Assembly (NCBI GenBank): GCA_047602405.1
Contig: JASGHJ010000002.1
Coordinates: 2,048,001-2,112,000, forward strand
DNA from: Anaeromyxobacteraceae bacterium
GTDB lineage: Bacteria > Myxococcota > Myxococcia > Myxococcales > Anaeromyxobacteraceae
DNA: 64,000 nucleotides
Direction of reading: 5' to 3'
Below are positions 23,147-34,376 of this stretch, one piece after another. Position 1 is the stretch's first letter; each line of letters opens with the position of its first letter. The notes under the pieces were generated by a model that worked only from the letters and a program-made list of their open reading frames with translations, made no database searches and had not been told where the DNA came from. The translations under genes and the position numbers were made by a program.

Positions 23147-25438
23147 TTGCCGCCCGCTCCGTCTGCCCGCCGCGCCGCCCTCGCCGCCGCCGCGTGGCCA
23201 CTCACCGCCGCCCTCGCCTCGATCGCCCCGCTCCTCGCGGTGCTCGCCTCCGGCCACTCCCTCGTCTGGCGCGACACCGCCCAGCTCATGGGCCCGCTCC
23301 GACCCGCGATCGTGGCGGCGCTGCGCGCGGGGCACCTCCCGACCTGGAACCCGTGGGAGGGCACAGGGCAGCCGCTTCTGGGTCAGTACCTGCACGGACT
23401 CCTGCACCCGCTCTCCCTCGCGGTCGCCGCGGTGACCGACTCGATGGATGCGCTCCTCGTGGCCATGGTGGCGTTCGCCGCCGCGGGCGCGTGGGCCGCT
23501 GCGCGCACGCTCCGCGCCTCGCCGCTCGCCGCGCTCGCCGCGGGGCTCGCGTATGGGCTGTCGGGCTACGTGCTCGGCATGACGTCCAACGCCCAGTACC
23601 TGCTCTCGTCGGCGACGGGGCCGTGGGCCGTGGCGGGGCTGGTGCTCGCAGCGACGTCGCCGCGCGGCTGGCTCGCGGCGGCGACCGGAGTCGCGGCGCT
23701 CGCGCTCTCCGGAGACCCGGGCGCGGTGATCGCCTTCGGCGCGGTCGGGCTCGCCCTCGCCGCGGCCGAGGCCGGCCTGCGCCGCGCGTGGCCGGCGCTC
23801 GCCGGCGCCGCGGCCGGCGTGGCGCTCGCGGCGGTGCAGCTGGTGCCGACCGCGGTAGCGCTCTCGGACAGCCTGCGCGGGCTCGGCGTCCTCTCGGACG
23901 CGGATCGCCTGCGCTGGGCGCTCGCGCCCAAGCGGCTCCTCGAGCTCGCCGCCCCGGGGCTCGCGGTGGGGATCCCATCGAGCTACGAGGCCCCCGTGTT
24001 CGCCGCGCTCGACGGCTCCACCCCCGACCGCTTCCCGTTCGCGCCGAGCGTGTACGTCGGGGCCGTGGTGATGGCGCTCGCGGCCGCGGGGATGCTGCGC
24101 GACCGGCGCGGCAAGGTGCTCGCGGCGCTGGCCGCCATGCTGCTCTGGCTCGCGCTCGGCCACTGGCTCGGCGCCCAGCAGGCGCTCTCGTGGGTCCCGG
24201 TCTGGGGCACGCTCCGGTACTGGGAGAAGCTCGTCGCGCCGCTCACGCTCGTGCTCGGGCTCGCGGCGGCCGCCGGGGTGGACGGCCTGGAGGCGCCGGA
24301 TGGTCGGCAGCGCCTGCGCCGGCTGTGCGGGAGGCTGGCCCTGGGTCTCGCCATTGCCGCGGGCCCGTACCTCCTCGGCTGGCTCTCGCACGGGGGCGGC
24401 GCCCCCGTCTCGGAGCGGGCGCTCGTCGGCGTGGCGCACGCCCTCGGCGGACTAGCGCTCCTCGCCGGAGGCCTCCTCGCACCCACGCGCTGGACCACCG
24501 CCGCGGCCGTGGCGGCCATCGCGATCACCGGCGCCGCGGCGAGCCCGTTCGCCCTGCACGCGGGGTCGCGCGCGGCGCTCGACACGCGTCCGCCTGCCCT
24601 CGACGCGGCACCGCCCGGGGCCCGCCTCGCCGCGCCGCTCGGCTGCGACTTCCCCGGTGGCGCCGGGGCGCTCGACGCCGCCGATCTCCTCGCCCTCTGC
24701 GAGCGCCGCTCCGGGCGGCCCTCCACGAACGCCGCCTCGCGCACCGACAGCTTCCCGACCTACAGCGCGCTCGCGCCCCGCCGCTGGGAGAGCGTATTGG
24801 GCGCGGGGCCGTACTTCTGGGAGCTCGCGCGGCGGTTCTCGACGACGCACGTGGTCTCCCGGCTCCCCGCGAACGACGCGGAGGCGCGGGCCCTCGAGGC
24901 CGCGACCGCGCTCGCCGGCCCCGCGCTCCGGCTCGACGGCGGCGGCCTGCTCGTGTTTCCCCTGCCCCACCGCCCCTGGGCGTCCTTCGCCCCCGCGGTG
25001 GTCCCGGCGAGCGGGCCGGACACCGCCGCCGAGGCACTCGGGCGCGTGCTCGAGGCGGGCTCGCCCGCGGTTGTGGTCGAGGGCCAGGCGCCCGACGGCA
25101 CCTCACCGGGCAGGGTGCTGGACCTCGGCCGCGAGGACGTCCACCTCTGGGTCGAGGCGGAGACCGCGGGGCCCGGGGTGCTCGTCGTGAACGACGCATG
25201 GGCGCCGGGATGGCGCGCGACGATCGACGGCCGCGAGGTCGCGATCCTGCCCGCGGACCTGCTCGTCCGCGCCGTCGCCTGGCCCGCCGGCCGGCATCGC
25301 CTGGAGATGTGGTACGAGGCGCCCGGTCTCCGGGCCGGGCAGGCCATCTCGTTGACCGCGCTCCTCGCGTGCGCGGCGGCCTTGTGGTGGCAACACCGCC
25401 GGACCGCGGCCGTGGATCGGCCGGGTCCCACCCGCTAG
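23147..25438 (+). CDS. YfhO-like GT-C membrane protein
   Basis: 3' part of ORF 19880..25438: WRDTAQ, PTWNPWEGTGQPL, AYGLSGY, LAAVQLVP; C-terminal LVVNDAWAPGWRATIDG...AVAWPAGRHRLEMWY. TTG start inferred. Confidence 0.8.
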   Translation: MPPAPSARRAALAAAAWPLTAALASIAPLLAVLASGHSLVWRDTAQLMGPLRPAIVAALRAGHLPTWNPWEGTGQPLLGQYLHGLLHPLSLAVAAVTDSMDALLVAMVAFAAAGAWAAARTLRASPLAALAAGLAYGLSGYVLGMTSNAQYLLSSATGPWAVAGLVLAATSPRGWLAAATGVAALALSGDPGAVIAFGAVGLALAAAEAGLRRAWPALAGAAAGVALAAVQLVPTAVALSDSLRGLGVLSDADRLRWALAPKRLLELAAPGLAVGIPSSYEAPVFAALDGSTPDRFPFAPSVYVGAVVMALAAAGMLRDRRGKVLAALAAMLLWLALGHWLGAQQALSWVPVWGTLRYWEKLVAPLTLVLGLAAAAGVDGLEAPDGRQRLRRLCGRLALGLAIAAGPYLLGWLSHGGGAPVSERALVGVAHALGGLALLAGGLLAPTRWTTAAAVAAIAITGAAASPFALHAGSRAALDTRPPALDAAPPGARLAAPLGCDFPGGAGALDAADLLALCERRSGRPSTNAASRTDSFPTYSALAPRRWESVLGAGPYFWELARRFSTTHVVSRLPANDAEARALEAATALAGPALRLDGGGLLVFPLPHRPWASFAPAVVPASGPDTAAEALGRVLEAGSPAVVVEGQAPDGTSPGRVLDLGREDVHLWVEAETAGPGVLVVNDAWAPGWRATIDGREVAILPADLLVRAVAWPAGRHRLEMWYEAPGLRAGQAISLTALLACAAALWWQHRRTAAVDRPGPTR

Positions 25439-25451
25439 GATGCGCGCGCCG

Positions 25452-26393
25452 ATGCCCGCCTGCCCTCACCCGCCCGACCGCGCGCGCGTACGCTTCGCCG
25501 CGCGCGACTACGTGACGGGCGACGACTTCCAGGTGGCAGACTGCGGCGCCTGCGGACTCGCGGTCACGCTGCCCACGCCCGCCGATCTCGGCCGCTACTA
25601 CCCCGCGGCCTACTACGGCGCCGCCGGTGAGCGGCGCTTCCCCGCGCCCGTCGAGTGGCTCCAGGGGAAGCTCTACGGCTCCCGCGCCGAGACGGTGGAG
25701 CGGCTCGCCGGCAGTCCCGGGCGCGTGCTCGACGTGGGCTGCGGGCCGGGCCGCCTCCTCGAGGCCTTCCGCCGGCGCGGCTGGGAGGTCCAGGGCACCG
25801 AGCTCGGCGAGGACGCGGCGCGCGCCGCGCGGGCGAAGGGCATCCCCGTCCACGTCGGTCCGCTCGAGGCTGCCGGGATCGCGGATGGCAGCCTCGATGC
25901 CGTGACGATGTGGCACGTGCTCGAGCACTGGCCGGACCCGGCGGTCGCGCTCGCGCACGCGGCGCGCCTGCTCCGGCCGGGCGGCGTGCTCATGGTCGGG
26001 GTCCCGAACTTCGGCAGCCCCGAGGCCCGGGCGACGCGCGACGGCTGGTTCCACCTCGACGTGCCCCGTCACCTCGCCCACCTCGACCCGGCCGCGCTCT
26101 CGCGCCTGCTCGGCGAGGCGGGCGTGCGGCCCGTGCGCTGGTCGTTCCTCGCGCCGGAGTTCGACGTGTTCAGCTTCGTGCAGTCCGCCGAGAACGCCCT
26201 CGGCCTGCCGCGGAACCTGCTCTACTCGCGGCTCCGCTCGGCGGGGGCCCGGCTCGGCTCCGCGGGCGCGCTCGCGACCGCGGCGGCGTTCGTGCTGGCC
26301 GCGCCGCTCGGGGTGCTCGCGGTGCCGGCGACGGCGATCCTCTCCGCGCTCGGGCGCGGGTCGTCGGTCACTGCGCTCGCCGTCAAGGGCTGA
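25452..26393 (+). CDS. Class I SAM-dependent methyltransferase
   Basis: [34 protein letters not shown]. Start may instead be 25440. Confidence 0.88.
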   Translation: MPACPHPPDRARVRFAARDYVTGDDFQVADCGACGLAVTLPTPADLGRYYPAAYYGAAGERRFPAPVEWLQGKLYGSRAETVERLAGSPGRVLDVGCGPGRLLEAFRRRGWEVQGTELGEDAARAARAKGIPVHVGPLEAAGIADGSLDAVTMWHVLEHWPDPAVALAHAARLLRPGGVLMVGVPNFGSPEARATRDGWFHLDVPRHLAHLDPAALSRLLGEAGVRPVRWSFLAPEFDVFSFVQSAENALGLPRNLLYSRLRSAGARLGSAGALATAAAFVLAAPLGVLAVPATAILSALGRGSSVTALAVKG

Positions 26394-27153
26394 CGGGCGC
26401 GAGCCTCCGCCCCTGCCCCGAGAGCCGCGCAGGTGACGTCAGCCCCCACCGCGCGAGCCGGAACTCGAGCGCAGTGCCGAGCACGCCGAAGCCGTACTTC
26501 ACGCTCCGGCGGAAGTTGATGGAGGACGCCTCGGCGAAGTAGCGGGTCGGACAGGTCAGCTCGCCGATGTCGAAGCCGAACCAGAGCGCCTGCGCGAGCA
26601 TCTGGTTGTCGAAGACGAAGTCGTCCGAGTTCTCCTCGAGCGGCAGGGTCTCGAGGAGCTTGCGCGAGAACGCCCGGTAGCCGGTGTGGTACTCGGCGAG
26701 CTTGTAGCCGAGGAGCAGGTTCTCGGTGAACGTGAGCGTCCGGTTCGCGACGTACTTCCAGAGCGGCATGCCGCCCCGGCGGGCGCCGACGCCGAGGATG
26801 CGCGAGCCGAGCACGCAGTCGAAGTGCCCACTCGCGATCATCGACGCCATCGCGGGCACCAGCTTCGGCGAGTACTGGTAGTCGGGGTGGACCATCACCA
26901 CGAGATCCGCCCCTCGGGCGAGCGCCTCGCGGTAGCAGGTCTTCTGGTTGCCGCCGTAGCCGCGGTTCTTCGGGTGCACGATGACGTGCAGCCCGAGCCG
27001 GGCGGCGACCTCCTTCGTCGCGTCGCGGCTCGCGTCGTCGACGACGATGACGTCGTCCACGACCGAGCGGTCGAGCTCGGCGACGGTGCGCTCCAGCGTC
27101 TTCTCGGCGTTGTACGCGGGCATGACGACGCACACCCGCTGGCCGACGATCAT
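26383..27153 (-). CDS. GT2 glycosyltransferase (DPM1-like polyprenol-phosphate glycosyltransferase)
   Basis: [41 protein letters not shown]. Confidence 0.9.
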   Translation of the reverse strand: MIVGQRVCVVMPAYNAEKTLERTVAELDRSVVDDVIVVDDASRDATKEVAARLGLHVIVHPKNRGYGGNQKTCYREALARGADLVVMVHPDYQYSPKLVPAMASMIASGHFDCVLGSRILGVGARRGGMPLWKYVANRTLTFTENLLLGYKLAEYHTGYRAFSRKLLETLPLEENSDDFVFDNQMLAQALWFGFDIGELTCPTRYFAEASSINFRRSVKYGFGVLGTALEFRLARWGLTSPARLSGQGRRLAPVSP

Positions 27154-27170
27154 GACGAGACCTTAGCGGC

Positions 27171-28058
27171 CTACTGGACGATGCGGAAGAGCTGCACCCG
27201 GTTGTTGTACCGGTCGGCGAGGAACAGGACCCCCTCCGCGTTCGCGCAGAGCTGCCCCGGGTAGTTCACGAGCCCCTCGCTCCAGCCGAGGCCGAGCTGG
27301 CGCCCCAGGAAGCCGCCGTCCGGCCCGAGGGCCACCACGCCGCTCCCGTTCTGGTCGACGACGAGGAGCTTCCCCTGCACCACCGCGAGGTAGGTGCCGA
27401 AGCTCATCCGCTCCTGGAGCCCCTGCGCGAGCGGCTTCAGCGCGGCCGCGGACTTCTCGGCGGAGTACAGCACGCCGCCCACGGCGTCGAGCGCGTAGAT
27501 CGTGCCCGAGGCGTCCATGGCGACGTCGGTGAACATGGCCTTGCCCTTCGGCAGCTCGAGCGAGCGGGCGACGGTGCCGCCCGCGCCCAGGACGAGGACC
27601 TTGCCGGTGGTGAGTTCGAGCGCGAGCACCTCGTCGGCCGGGCCGATCTTGAACGCCCCGACGCGCGCGCCCTCGACGCCCGGGAACTCGACCACCCCGC
27701 CGAAGCCGCCGTTCGCGTCCATCTTCACGATCCGGTGGGTCTTGCCGTCGAGCGCGAAGAGGTTGCCCTTCGAGTCGAGCTGCAGCCGGAGGGGCACGGT
27801 GAGCTGCGGGAGCTTCAGCTCCGTGCCACCCCCGAGGCGGCCGTCGCGGGCCGTGAACGTGAGCAGCCGGGCGTTGCCGGTGTCGGCGACCACGAAGCGC
27901 CCGTCGTCGGTGCAGGCCACGCCCTCGGGCGCGACCAGCGGGCCTTCCTTGGCGTCCGTGTAGACCGTGCCGGCGTGGACGAACGTGAAGCTCGCGGCGC
28001 GGGCGGTGCCGCCGGCGAGCAGCAGGGCGACAGCGAGGAGTGCGCGGGTCACGGTCAT
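27171..28058 (-). CDS. Secreted NHL-repeat beta-propeller protein, last gene of the osc-like cluster
   Basis: Signal peptide MTVTRALLAVALLLAGGTARA; PEGVA...FVVADTGNARL; YPGQL...LFLADRYNNRVQLF. Confidence 0.85.
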   Translation of the reverse strand: MTVTRALLAVALLLAGGTARAASFTFVHAGTVYTDAKEGPLVAPEGVACTDDGRFVVADTGNARLLTFTARDGRLGGGTELKLPQLTVPLRLQLDSKGNLFALDGKTHRIVKMDANGGFGGVVEFPGVEGARVGAFKIGPADEVLALELTTGKVLVLGAGGTVARSLELPKGKAMFTDVAMDASGTIYALDAVGGVLYSAEKSAAALKPLAQGLQERMSFGTYLAVVQGKLLVVDQNGSGVVALGPDGGFLGRQLGLGWSEGLVNYPGQLCANAEGVLFLADRYNNRVQLFRIVQ

Positions 28059-29329
28059 CACCTCCGGTACCGCTCGTGGCACTTCGTGCAGAGCTCGCTC
28101 GTCGTGGCGTACGGCATCATGTGCTTGTACTCGGTGCCGTGCGACCGGTGGCACGAGAGGCAGTTCACCTGCAGGTTCTTGTTGCGCGGGTCCTGCACCT
28201 TCGGGCCCATCGGGTGCGAGGAGTGCTTCAGCCAGTCGTGGCAGGTGCCGCAGAGTTCGGGCACGTCGGCCTTCTTGAGCAGCAGCGCCGTGTTGCCGGC
28301 GTGCGGCTCGTGGCAGGCCGAGCAGTCGCCGTCCTTCACGGGAGCGTGCTTCGTCGGCGAGAGGGTCTGCCGCTTCACGGTGTCGGCGTGGCAGCTCCCG
28401 CAGACCTGCACCTGGTTGGCCTTCACGAGCGCCTTGCCCCGCGAGGCGTGGGGCGAGTGGCACGAGAGGCACGCCTGGCCCTCGACGACCGGACGGTGCA
28501 CCCGGCCCTGGTCGAGCATCTTCGTGACCTGGCTCGCGTGGCAACCCTTGCAGAGGTCGAGCCCGACCTTCTTGGTCGAGAGCGCGTCCGGCGCGGTGGG
28601 CGCCGGATGGCACTGGGTGCACATCGCCTTCGCCACCGGCGCGTGGACCGTGTCGTAGAGGATGCCGCGCACGTTCGAGCCGTGCGGATCGTGGCAGCTC
28701 GTGCACGTGGACTTCTCGACCTTGTAGCCCTGGTGCGCCTTCGAGAAGAGCGGCGAGGTCGTCTTGTGGCAGCCCAGGCAGAGTGCCGGCTCGGCCGCCT
28801 TGAGGATGCCCCGGGCGGCCGCGGAGCCGTGCGGGTCGTGACAGGCGCCGCAGCCCTCGGTCACGGGCCGGTGCTTGAACTTCGCCTTCGCCGCCGCCTC
28901 GACGACCGGCTTGTGGCACCCGGCGCAGAGCTCGGTCTCCGGCTTCAGGAGCACGTTCTTCACGGAGGAGGCGTGCGGGTCGTGGCAGGAGACGCAGCCT
29001 TTCTCCTTGATCACCGGGTGGGTGCTCACCGGCTTCGCGGGCACCACGTTCGCGTGGCAGGAGACGCAGGCCCCGTCGCCGGTGCGGGCGAGGAGCTTCC
29101 CGTGGTCGGCGGCGTGCGGGTTGTGACACCCCGTGCAGGCCCGCGCCTTCACCGGCGTGTGCACGAACGGCTTCTCGAGCGTCTTCTGCAGCTGCCCGCC
29201 GTGGCAGTCGATGCAGAGCTTGCCGTCGGCGCCGGGCTTCAGCTTGAACTTGGGGTTCGGCGCGGCGGCGAGGGCCGGGCCCGCGGCGAAGCCACAAGCA
29301 AGGGCGAGGGCGAGGATGCGGGTCTTCAT
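28058..29329 (-). CDS. 16-heme periplasmic cytochrome c (paired CXXCH repeats)
   Basis: Signal peptide MKTRILALALACGFAAGPALA; 16 CxxCH counted; H-x-P...CxxCHxPH repeat. Confidence 0.93.
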   Translation of the reverse strand: MKTRILALALACGFAAGPALAAAPNPKFKLKPGADGKLCIDCHGGQLQKTLEKPFVHTPVKARACTGCHNPHAADHGKLLARTGDGACVSCHANVVPAKPVSTHPVIKEKGCVSCHDPHASSVKNVLLKPETELCAGCHKPVVEAAAKAKFKHRPVTEGCGACHDPHGSAAARGILKAAEPALCLGCHKTTSPLFSKAHQGYKVEKSTCTSCHDPHGSNVRGILYDTVHAPVAKAMCTQCHPAPTAPDALSTKKVGLDLCKGCHASQVTKMLDQGRVHRPVVEGQACLSCHSPHASRGKALVKANQVQVCGSCHADTVKRQTLSPTKHAPVKDGDCSACHEPHAGNTALLLKKADVPELCGTCHDWLKHSSHPMGPKVQDPRNKNLQVNCLSCHRSHGTEYKHMMPYATTSELCTKCHERYRR

Positions 29330-29337
29330 GGGGCCCC

Positions 29338-31305
29338 TCACTTCTTCTTCTCCACGACGTGGCAGCTGTCGCAGTCCCGGGCCGCGAAGGGCGCGTGGAC
29401 CTTTGCCTTGAAGAACTTGGGGTCCTTCGAGGCGTGCGGGGTGTGGCAGCTCACGCAGTCCATCGCCTTCGGCTCGATGGCGAGGTGGGCGGCCGCGAAC
29501 TTCTTCTCCTTCGGGTCGTGGCAGTTGCCGCACATGTCCTGCACCGGCTCGACCGCGAGCGCCGCGAACTTCGAGGCGTGCGGCTGGTGGCAGGTCGCGC
29601 AGTCGGAGACCGGGTCGTGCGCCTTCTCGGCCGCGATCTTGTCCTTCAGCGTCTTGTGGCACGAGAAGCACAGGTCCGGGGTCTTCGCGAGGAGGAGCTT
29701 CTTCAGCCCCGCCTTGTGCGGGCTGTGGCACTTCGAGCACTGGCCCTGGTCGAACGCCGCGTGGACGCTCTTCTGACCGGCGACCTTCTTCACCTCACCC
29801 GCGTGGCACTTCGCGCAGAGGGCCTTCTCGTCGGTCACCAGCATGCCCTGCACGTTCGAGCCGTGCGGGTCGTGGCAGGTCAGGCAGTCGCCCTTCGCGA
29901 AGGGGCCGTGCTTCGTGCCGTTCCCGGCCGCCACCTCGGCCATGAGGTCGCCGTGGCACTTCTTGCAGAGCGCGGCGCCCGCGTCGCGGAGGAGGCTCGG
30001 GTTCGCCGTGGCGTGCCCGTCGTGGCAGACGTCGCAGGTGCCGTCGAGCACCGGCTTGTGCGTGTAGGCGCGCACGAACCGGGTCTCGGCGTCCTTGTGG
30101 CAGGAGTAGCAGACCCGGTCGCTGCGGGACTTCAGCATCCCCGGGAAGGCCGAGCCGTGCGGGTCGTGACAGGCGATGCACTGCTCCTTCTTGAACGGCT
30201 GGTGCACGACCTTCTGCTTCAGGTCCTCCTTCGACTTCGCGTGGCAGGCCTGGCACTGCGCCGTGGCGGCCGCCTTGAGGAGGGCCGGCTCCTTCGAGGC
30301 GTGCGAGGCATGGCAGCTGCCGCAGCCCTGCGCGGAGTCGACCGGCTTGTGCGGCACGACCTTCTTGTCCGTCACTCCGGCGTGGCAGCGGGCGCAGAGG
30401 GCGTTGCCCGCCGCGAGCGTGAGCTTCGGGGAGGCGGAGGCGTGCGGATCGTGGCACCGGATGCAGTCGCCGGCCTTCACCGGTGCGTGGACCACCTTCT
30501 GCCCACCGGTGACGTCCTTCTCGGAGTGGCAGTCGGCGCAGAGCTTCCCGCCCTGGGAGGTGGTGGCGAACGGCTTCCCGGAGCGGGCGGGCTGATGGCA
30601 CGACGAGCAGGTCGCCGAGCTCACCGGGTCGTGAACCGAGGCCTTGAGGAGCGCCTTGCCGTCGGAGGCGTGCGGGTCGTGGCACTTGCTGCAGCTCACG
30701 ACCGGGTACTCCTCGTGCGCCTTCTTGAAGGCGCCCGACGAGGCGGAGTGGCAGGAACCGCACAGCGCGGCCTCCGCCTTCACGAGGAGCTGCGGCTGGT
30801 CGGAGGCGTGCGCGACGTGGCAGACCGCGCAGCCCTGCTTCTTGAGCGGCTCGTGCACCACCCGCTTCTCGAACGGCTTCCTGTCGTGACAGTCGTAGCA
30901 GGAGGCCGCGCCCTCGGCCTTGAGCATGAACTTCGCGTTCGAGCCGTGGGCGTCGTGGCACTGCGTGCACTTGCCCCCCTTGAGCACGGCGTGGACGTGC
31001 TTCTTGTCCATGCCGAGCTTCTCGGGCTTGTGGCAGCCGTAGCAGAGCTGGCTGCCCGGCTGCTTGAGCGCGAGCTTCGGCACGATGCCGTGCCGCAGGT
31101 GGCAGTCCTCGCAGCGCTTCTCCTTCACGGAGGTGTGCAGGACCTTGTTGCCGAGGTACCGGTCGGCGAACTTCTTGTGGCACTCCAGGCAGTCCTTCGT
31201 CTTGAAGGTCCGCTGCTGGGCGCCGGCGGCGGCCGGGACCGCGAGCGCCAGCGCGAGCGCCGCCCAGAGGCCGGTTCGAAGATTGGCGTGCACGGTGGCT
31301 CCCAC
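29338..31305 (-). CDS. 26-heme periplasmic cytochrome c (paired CXXCH repeats)
   Basis: Signal peptide; 26 CxxCH counted. Confidence 0.93.
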   Translation of the reverse strand: MGATVHANLRTGLWAALALALAVPAAAGAQQRTFKTKDCLECHKKFADRYLGNKVLHTSVKEKRCEDCHLRHGIVPKLALKQPGSQLCYGCHKPEKLGMDKKHVHAVLKGGKCTQCHDAHGSNAKFMLKAEGAASCYDCHDRKPFEKRVVHEPLKKQGCAVCHVAHASDQPQLLVKAEAALCGSCHSASSGAFKKAHEEYPVVSCSKCHDPHASDGKALLKASVHDPVSSATCSSCHQPARSGKPFATTSQGGKLCADCHSEKDVTGGQKVVHAPVKAGDCIRCHDPHASASPKLTLAAGNALCARCHAGVTDKKVVPHKPVDSAQGCGSCHASHASKEPALLKAAATAQCQACHAKSKEDLKQKVVHQPFKKEQCIACHDPHGSAFPGMLKSRSDRVCYSCHKDAETRFVRAYTHKPVLDGTCDVCHDGHATANPSLLRDAGAALCKKCHGDLMAEVAAGNGTKHGPFAKGDCLTCHDPHGSNVQGMLVTDEKALCAKCHAGEVKKVAGQKSVHAAFDQGQCSKCHSPHKAGLKKLLLAKTPDLCFSCHKTLKDKIAAEKAHDPVSDCATCHQPHASKFAALAVEPVQDMCGNCHDPKEKKFAAAHLAIEPKAMDCVSCHTPHASKDPKFFKAKVHAPFAARDCDSCHVVEKKK

Positions 31306-31306
31306 C

Positions 31307-33029
31307 TCAGGCGCCGATGCGGGTGACGAAGACCTTGACCGGGAAGACGCCGCGAAGCTTGTCGGCGTACTCCTGGATCGCCTTCCCGACCGCCTCGACG
31401 TAGAGCTTCTTCGTGATCTCGGCCTCGACCTGCTCGAACGGCTGCTGGCTCGGCGGGGTGACGTCGGCCACTCGGATGGCGAAGTGCTGGTCCTCCGTGG
31501 CGTAGAGCCGGACGTCGCCCGGCTTCGCGCCGTCGAGGAGCTTCCGGAGCTCGTCGGTCATGGCCTTCGCCGAGACGACCCCGTCGCTCAGTACAACCGT
31601 GGCCTTATTGGGATCGAGCTGCCGCTCGCTGTTCTGGCGCAGCCAGCGGACGTCGGTGCCCGCGCCGAGCTTCGCCACGGCCGCCTCCGCGTCCTTGCGA
31701 GCCCCGAACCCGACGGTCTCGAGCTTGTAGAAGACCGGGAAGGCGTAGTCGGCGAGGTGGGCGTCGTAGTGCTTGCGCGCCGCGCCCTCCTCGACCTTCA
31801 CCTCCGGCGCGATCATCTTCCGGAGGAAGTAGCCGAAGACGATCTGGTCCTCGTAGGCGGACCGCGCTCGTTTGTACTCGGCGGAGTCGACGATGCCGAG
31901 CTCCTTCGCGCGGATGGGGACGACCCGGAGCGACACGAGGGCGTCCATCGTGAGCTCCTTCAGGCGGTTGACCTTCTTCTCGCGGGCCCCCCGGTCCATG
32001 CCGTGGAAGAGCTGCTTCTCGAGCGCCTCGGTGAGGTCGCCGACCGTGATGGGCGCCCCGCCCTTGAAGGTCGCGAGGACCCGCTTGTCGGTCTTGAGCT
32101 TCTCCCAGCCCTTCGCGTCGTAGTTGACCTTCTTCACGAGCGCCCAGTCGATCTTGGCGTCCGCGTCCGTGAGCTTCTTGTAGTAGGCCTCGAGCGTGAG
32201 CTTGTTCTGGCGGGCGACAGACTGCTTCTCGGCCTCGGCCTTCGCCTCGGCGGACTCGCCGAAGCGGAATCTCGTCCACCCGGGCCACCACGAAGCCGTC
32301 CTGGAGCTTGACGGCGTCGGTCAGGTGCCCCGCCTCGGTGAGCTGCACGGCGCCGAGCACCGCGGGGGCGAGATCCTTCCGCCCCGCCCAGGAGGACTCG
32401 AGGCCCCCGGTCGCCTTCTTGGCCTCGAGCGCCACGCCCGCGAGCGCGCCGAAGTCCTTGCCGTCGATGACGGCCTTGCGGAACACCTGGGCCTCGTCGA
32501 GCGTGGGGAACTTGATGGAGCGGAGCTTCCACTCCTTCACGGCCTCCCGGTAGAGCTTCTCGACCTCGAGCGCGTCCGGCTTCACGCCCTTCAGCGCGTC
32601 CCGCTGCACGCGCTCGCGGAGGGCCTCCTTCTCCCAGGACTCGACCGCGAACCTCACTTCGTCGAGGTCCTGGATGCCGGACTGGTGCGCCTCGGCGAGG
32701 AGGAGCCGGACGTTGAGGAGCCGCTGCAGCATCGGCTCGAACTCCATCTTCGCGGGCTTCGCGCCGCCCTTGTGCTCCTGGTGCGAGGCCGCCATGGCCT
32801 CCGCGAGCATCGAGAGGGTCACCTGCTCGTCGCCCGCCGTCGCGATGACGGTGTCGGCGAAGCGCTGGTCGAAGAGCGGCAGGTTCACCGAGGCGACCAT
32901 GTCGGGGGCGCCGCCGGTGCCCGCCGCGGCGGGCGGCGTGAGCGCCACGGGCTTCGAGGAACCGGCGCCCGGCATGGCGAGCGCGAGCCCGGGGGCGAGC
33001 GCGAGGACGGCGAGAAGGCGATTCGACAC
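31307..33029 (-). CDS. SurA/PrsA-like parvulin PPIase chaperone (OscH-like), +1 frameshift near 32268
   Basis: GTG 33029 with signal peptide; two SurA-N/rotamase-like halves split between ORFs 31605..33098 and 31307..32137. Span 3n+1; GAGATTCCGC corrected to GAGATCCGC restores VDEIRFGESAEAK. Confidence 0.75.
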
Positions 33030-33093
33030 GGTGGTCTCCCTGCGGCGCCGTCGCGCGGCGCGGTGTTCGGTGCGAGTCGGTGGCCTCGGCGTG

Positions 33094-33109
33094 TGCAACC
33101 CGTGTGCCC
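33094..33109 (-). promoter_or_regulatory. Internal sigma54 promoter for the chaperone/26-heme/16-heme/NHL genes
   Basis: Minus strand GGGCACACGGGTTGCA (GG-N10-GC). Confidence 0.72.
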
Positions 33110-33161
33110 TACCCCGGTCGCAGGGCCCGTTTCAACGGTATGAATTTACTCGGCTTCGAGT

Positions 33162-33177
33162 TGGGCCATAGCACCCA
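33162..33177. promoter_or_regulatory. Candidate UAS palindrome
   Basis: TGGGC-CATAGC-ACCCA, starting 53 nt beyond the sigma54 promoter. Confidence 0.55.
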
Positions 33178-33257
33178 CTCGCACGCGGTGCGCCGCCCGG
33201 CCCCACCCCCCGAAGCTTCTGCGCGGCCCGACGGAAAACCGAGGTGCAAGCGGTGTC

Positions 33258-34376
33258 TCAGCGCGAAGGCGGCGGGCGCGCCGCCATCATCCCATCGATC
33301 GCCTTTCGCACCATCCGGCAGGCCGCCTCGTGCGCGGTGAACACCCGCCCCTGCTTGAAGAGCGTCTCGCCGTCGTCGCCGCGGTTGTGCGAGGTGGACT
33401 GCCAGACGATGGCGCCGGTGTGGCCGTCGAGGACCGAGAGCGTGAAGGAGAGCCGCAGCGCGGCGGGCGTGCCCGGATCCTCGAAGTCGAAGATCTCGCC
33501 CGCCACCATGAGGTCCGCCTCCATCGCGCCGAGCAGCGTCCGGGCCTGCTCGAGGTTGACCCCGCCCTGCAGGATGACCCGGTACCGCAGGAGCAGGTCC
33601 CGCGTGACGCCGGGCTCCACCACGCGGAAGCGCTCCTGCGAGAGGAGGCCCTGCACCGCGGCGAGCGCGAGCGCCTCGCCAGCGCCGCGCACGCGCGAGT
33701 GGTTCACCCACGGCAGCACCACCACCTTGGGCGCGCGCACCTTCCCGAGGAAGGTGCTGCGGAACGGGATCTTCGGTGCGTAGGTCGGATCCGAGCCACA
33801 GCGCGGCGCGCGCGGACCGGCCCCCGAGAGCGCGCGGGCGAGCGAGCGGGACAGGCCCGCCGCGGCCTGCTCCTCGAGGCGCTCCACCTCGTGCACCAGC
33901 CCCAGCTTGAAGAGCCCCGGGCTCTCGTCACCGGCGCGGCCGAAGCCATCCATCCAGAGGATCGTGGGCTCCGGGCCGGTGGAGACGAGCCGCATCGAGA
34001 GCGCGATCCGCGGTGGATCTCCGGGCGTGTACTGCTCGAGCACCGTCGCGACGATGCCGTCCACGGCGAGCTCGTCCGCCGCGGTGCTCGCCGCGAGGGG
34101 GTCGACGGCGCCGGTGTACCGGATCCGGTGGCGCTCCAGGAACGCGTCCACCGCCGCGCCCGTGACGACCTCGATCCCCTGGCGGGCGAGCGCGGACTCG
34201 AACGTCGCGAGCAGGCGGCGCACCGGAACCGCGACCCCGCTCACGTTCTCGATCGGCAGGAGCGCGACGCGGGTGACCGCGCGCGCCTCGTCGCCGCGCG
34301 CCGGCCCCCCCGCCAGCGCGGCCGCGAGGGCGACGGCCGCGAGCGCCCTACTTGAAGAGCTGGTCGAGGAGATCAT
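33258..34376 (-). CDS. Secreted protein with two tandem PelC/CsgG/LpoB-like domains (OscG-like)
   Basis: RVALLPIEN and KVVVLPWVN repeats; ...DGHTGAIVW; position in the cluster. Confidence 0.7.
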   Translation of the reverse strand: MISSTSSSSRALAAVALAAALAGGPARGDEARAVTRVALLPIENVSGVAVPVRRLLATFESALARQGIEVVTGAAVDAFLERHRIRYTGAVDPLAASTAADELAVDGIVATVLEQYTPGDPPRIALSMRLVSTGPEPTILWMDGFGRAGDESPGLFKLGLVHEVERLEEQAAAGLSRSLARALSGAGPRAPRCGSDPTYAPKIPFRSTFLGKVRAPKVVVLPWVNHSRVRGAGEALALAAVQGLLSQERFRVVEPGVTRDLLLRYRVILQGGVNLEQARTLLGAMEADLMVAGEIFDFEDPGTPAALRLSFTLSVLDGHTGAIVWQSTSHNRGDDGETLFKQGRVFTAHEAACRMVRKAIDGMMAARPPPSR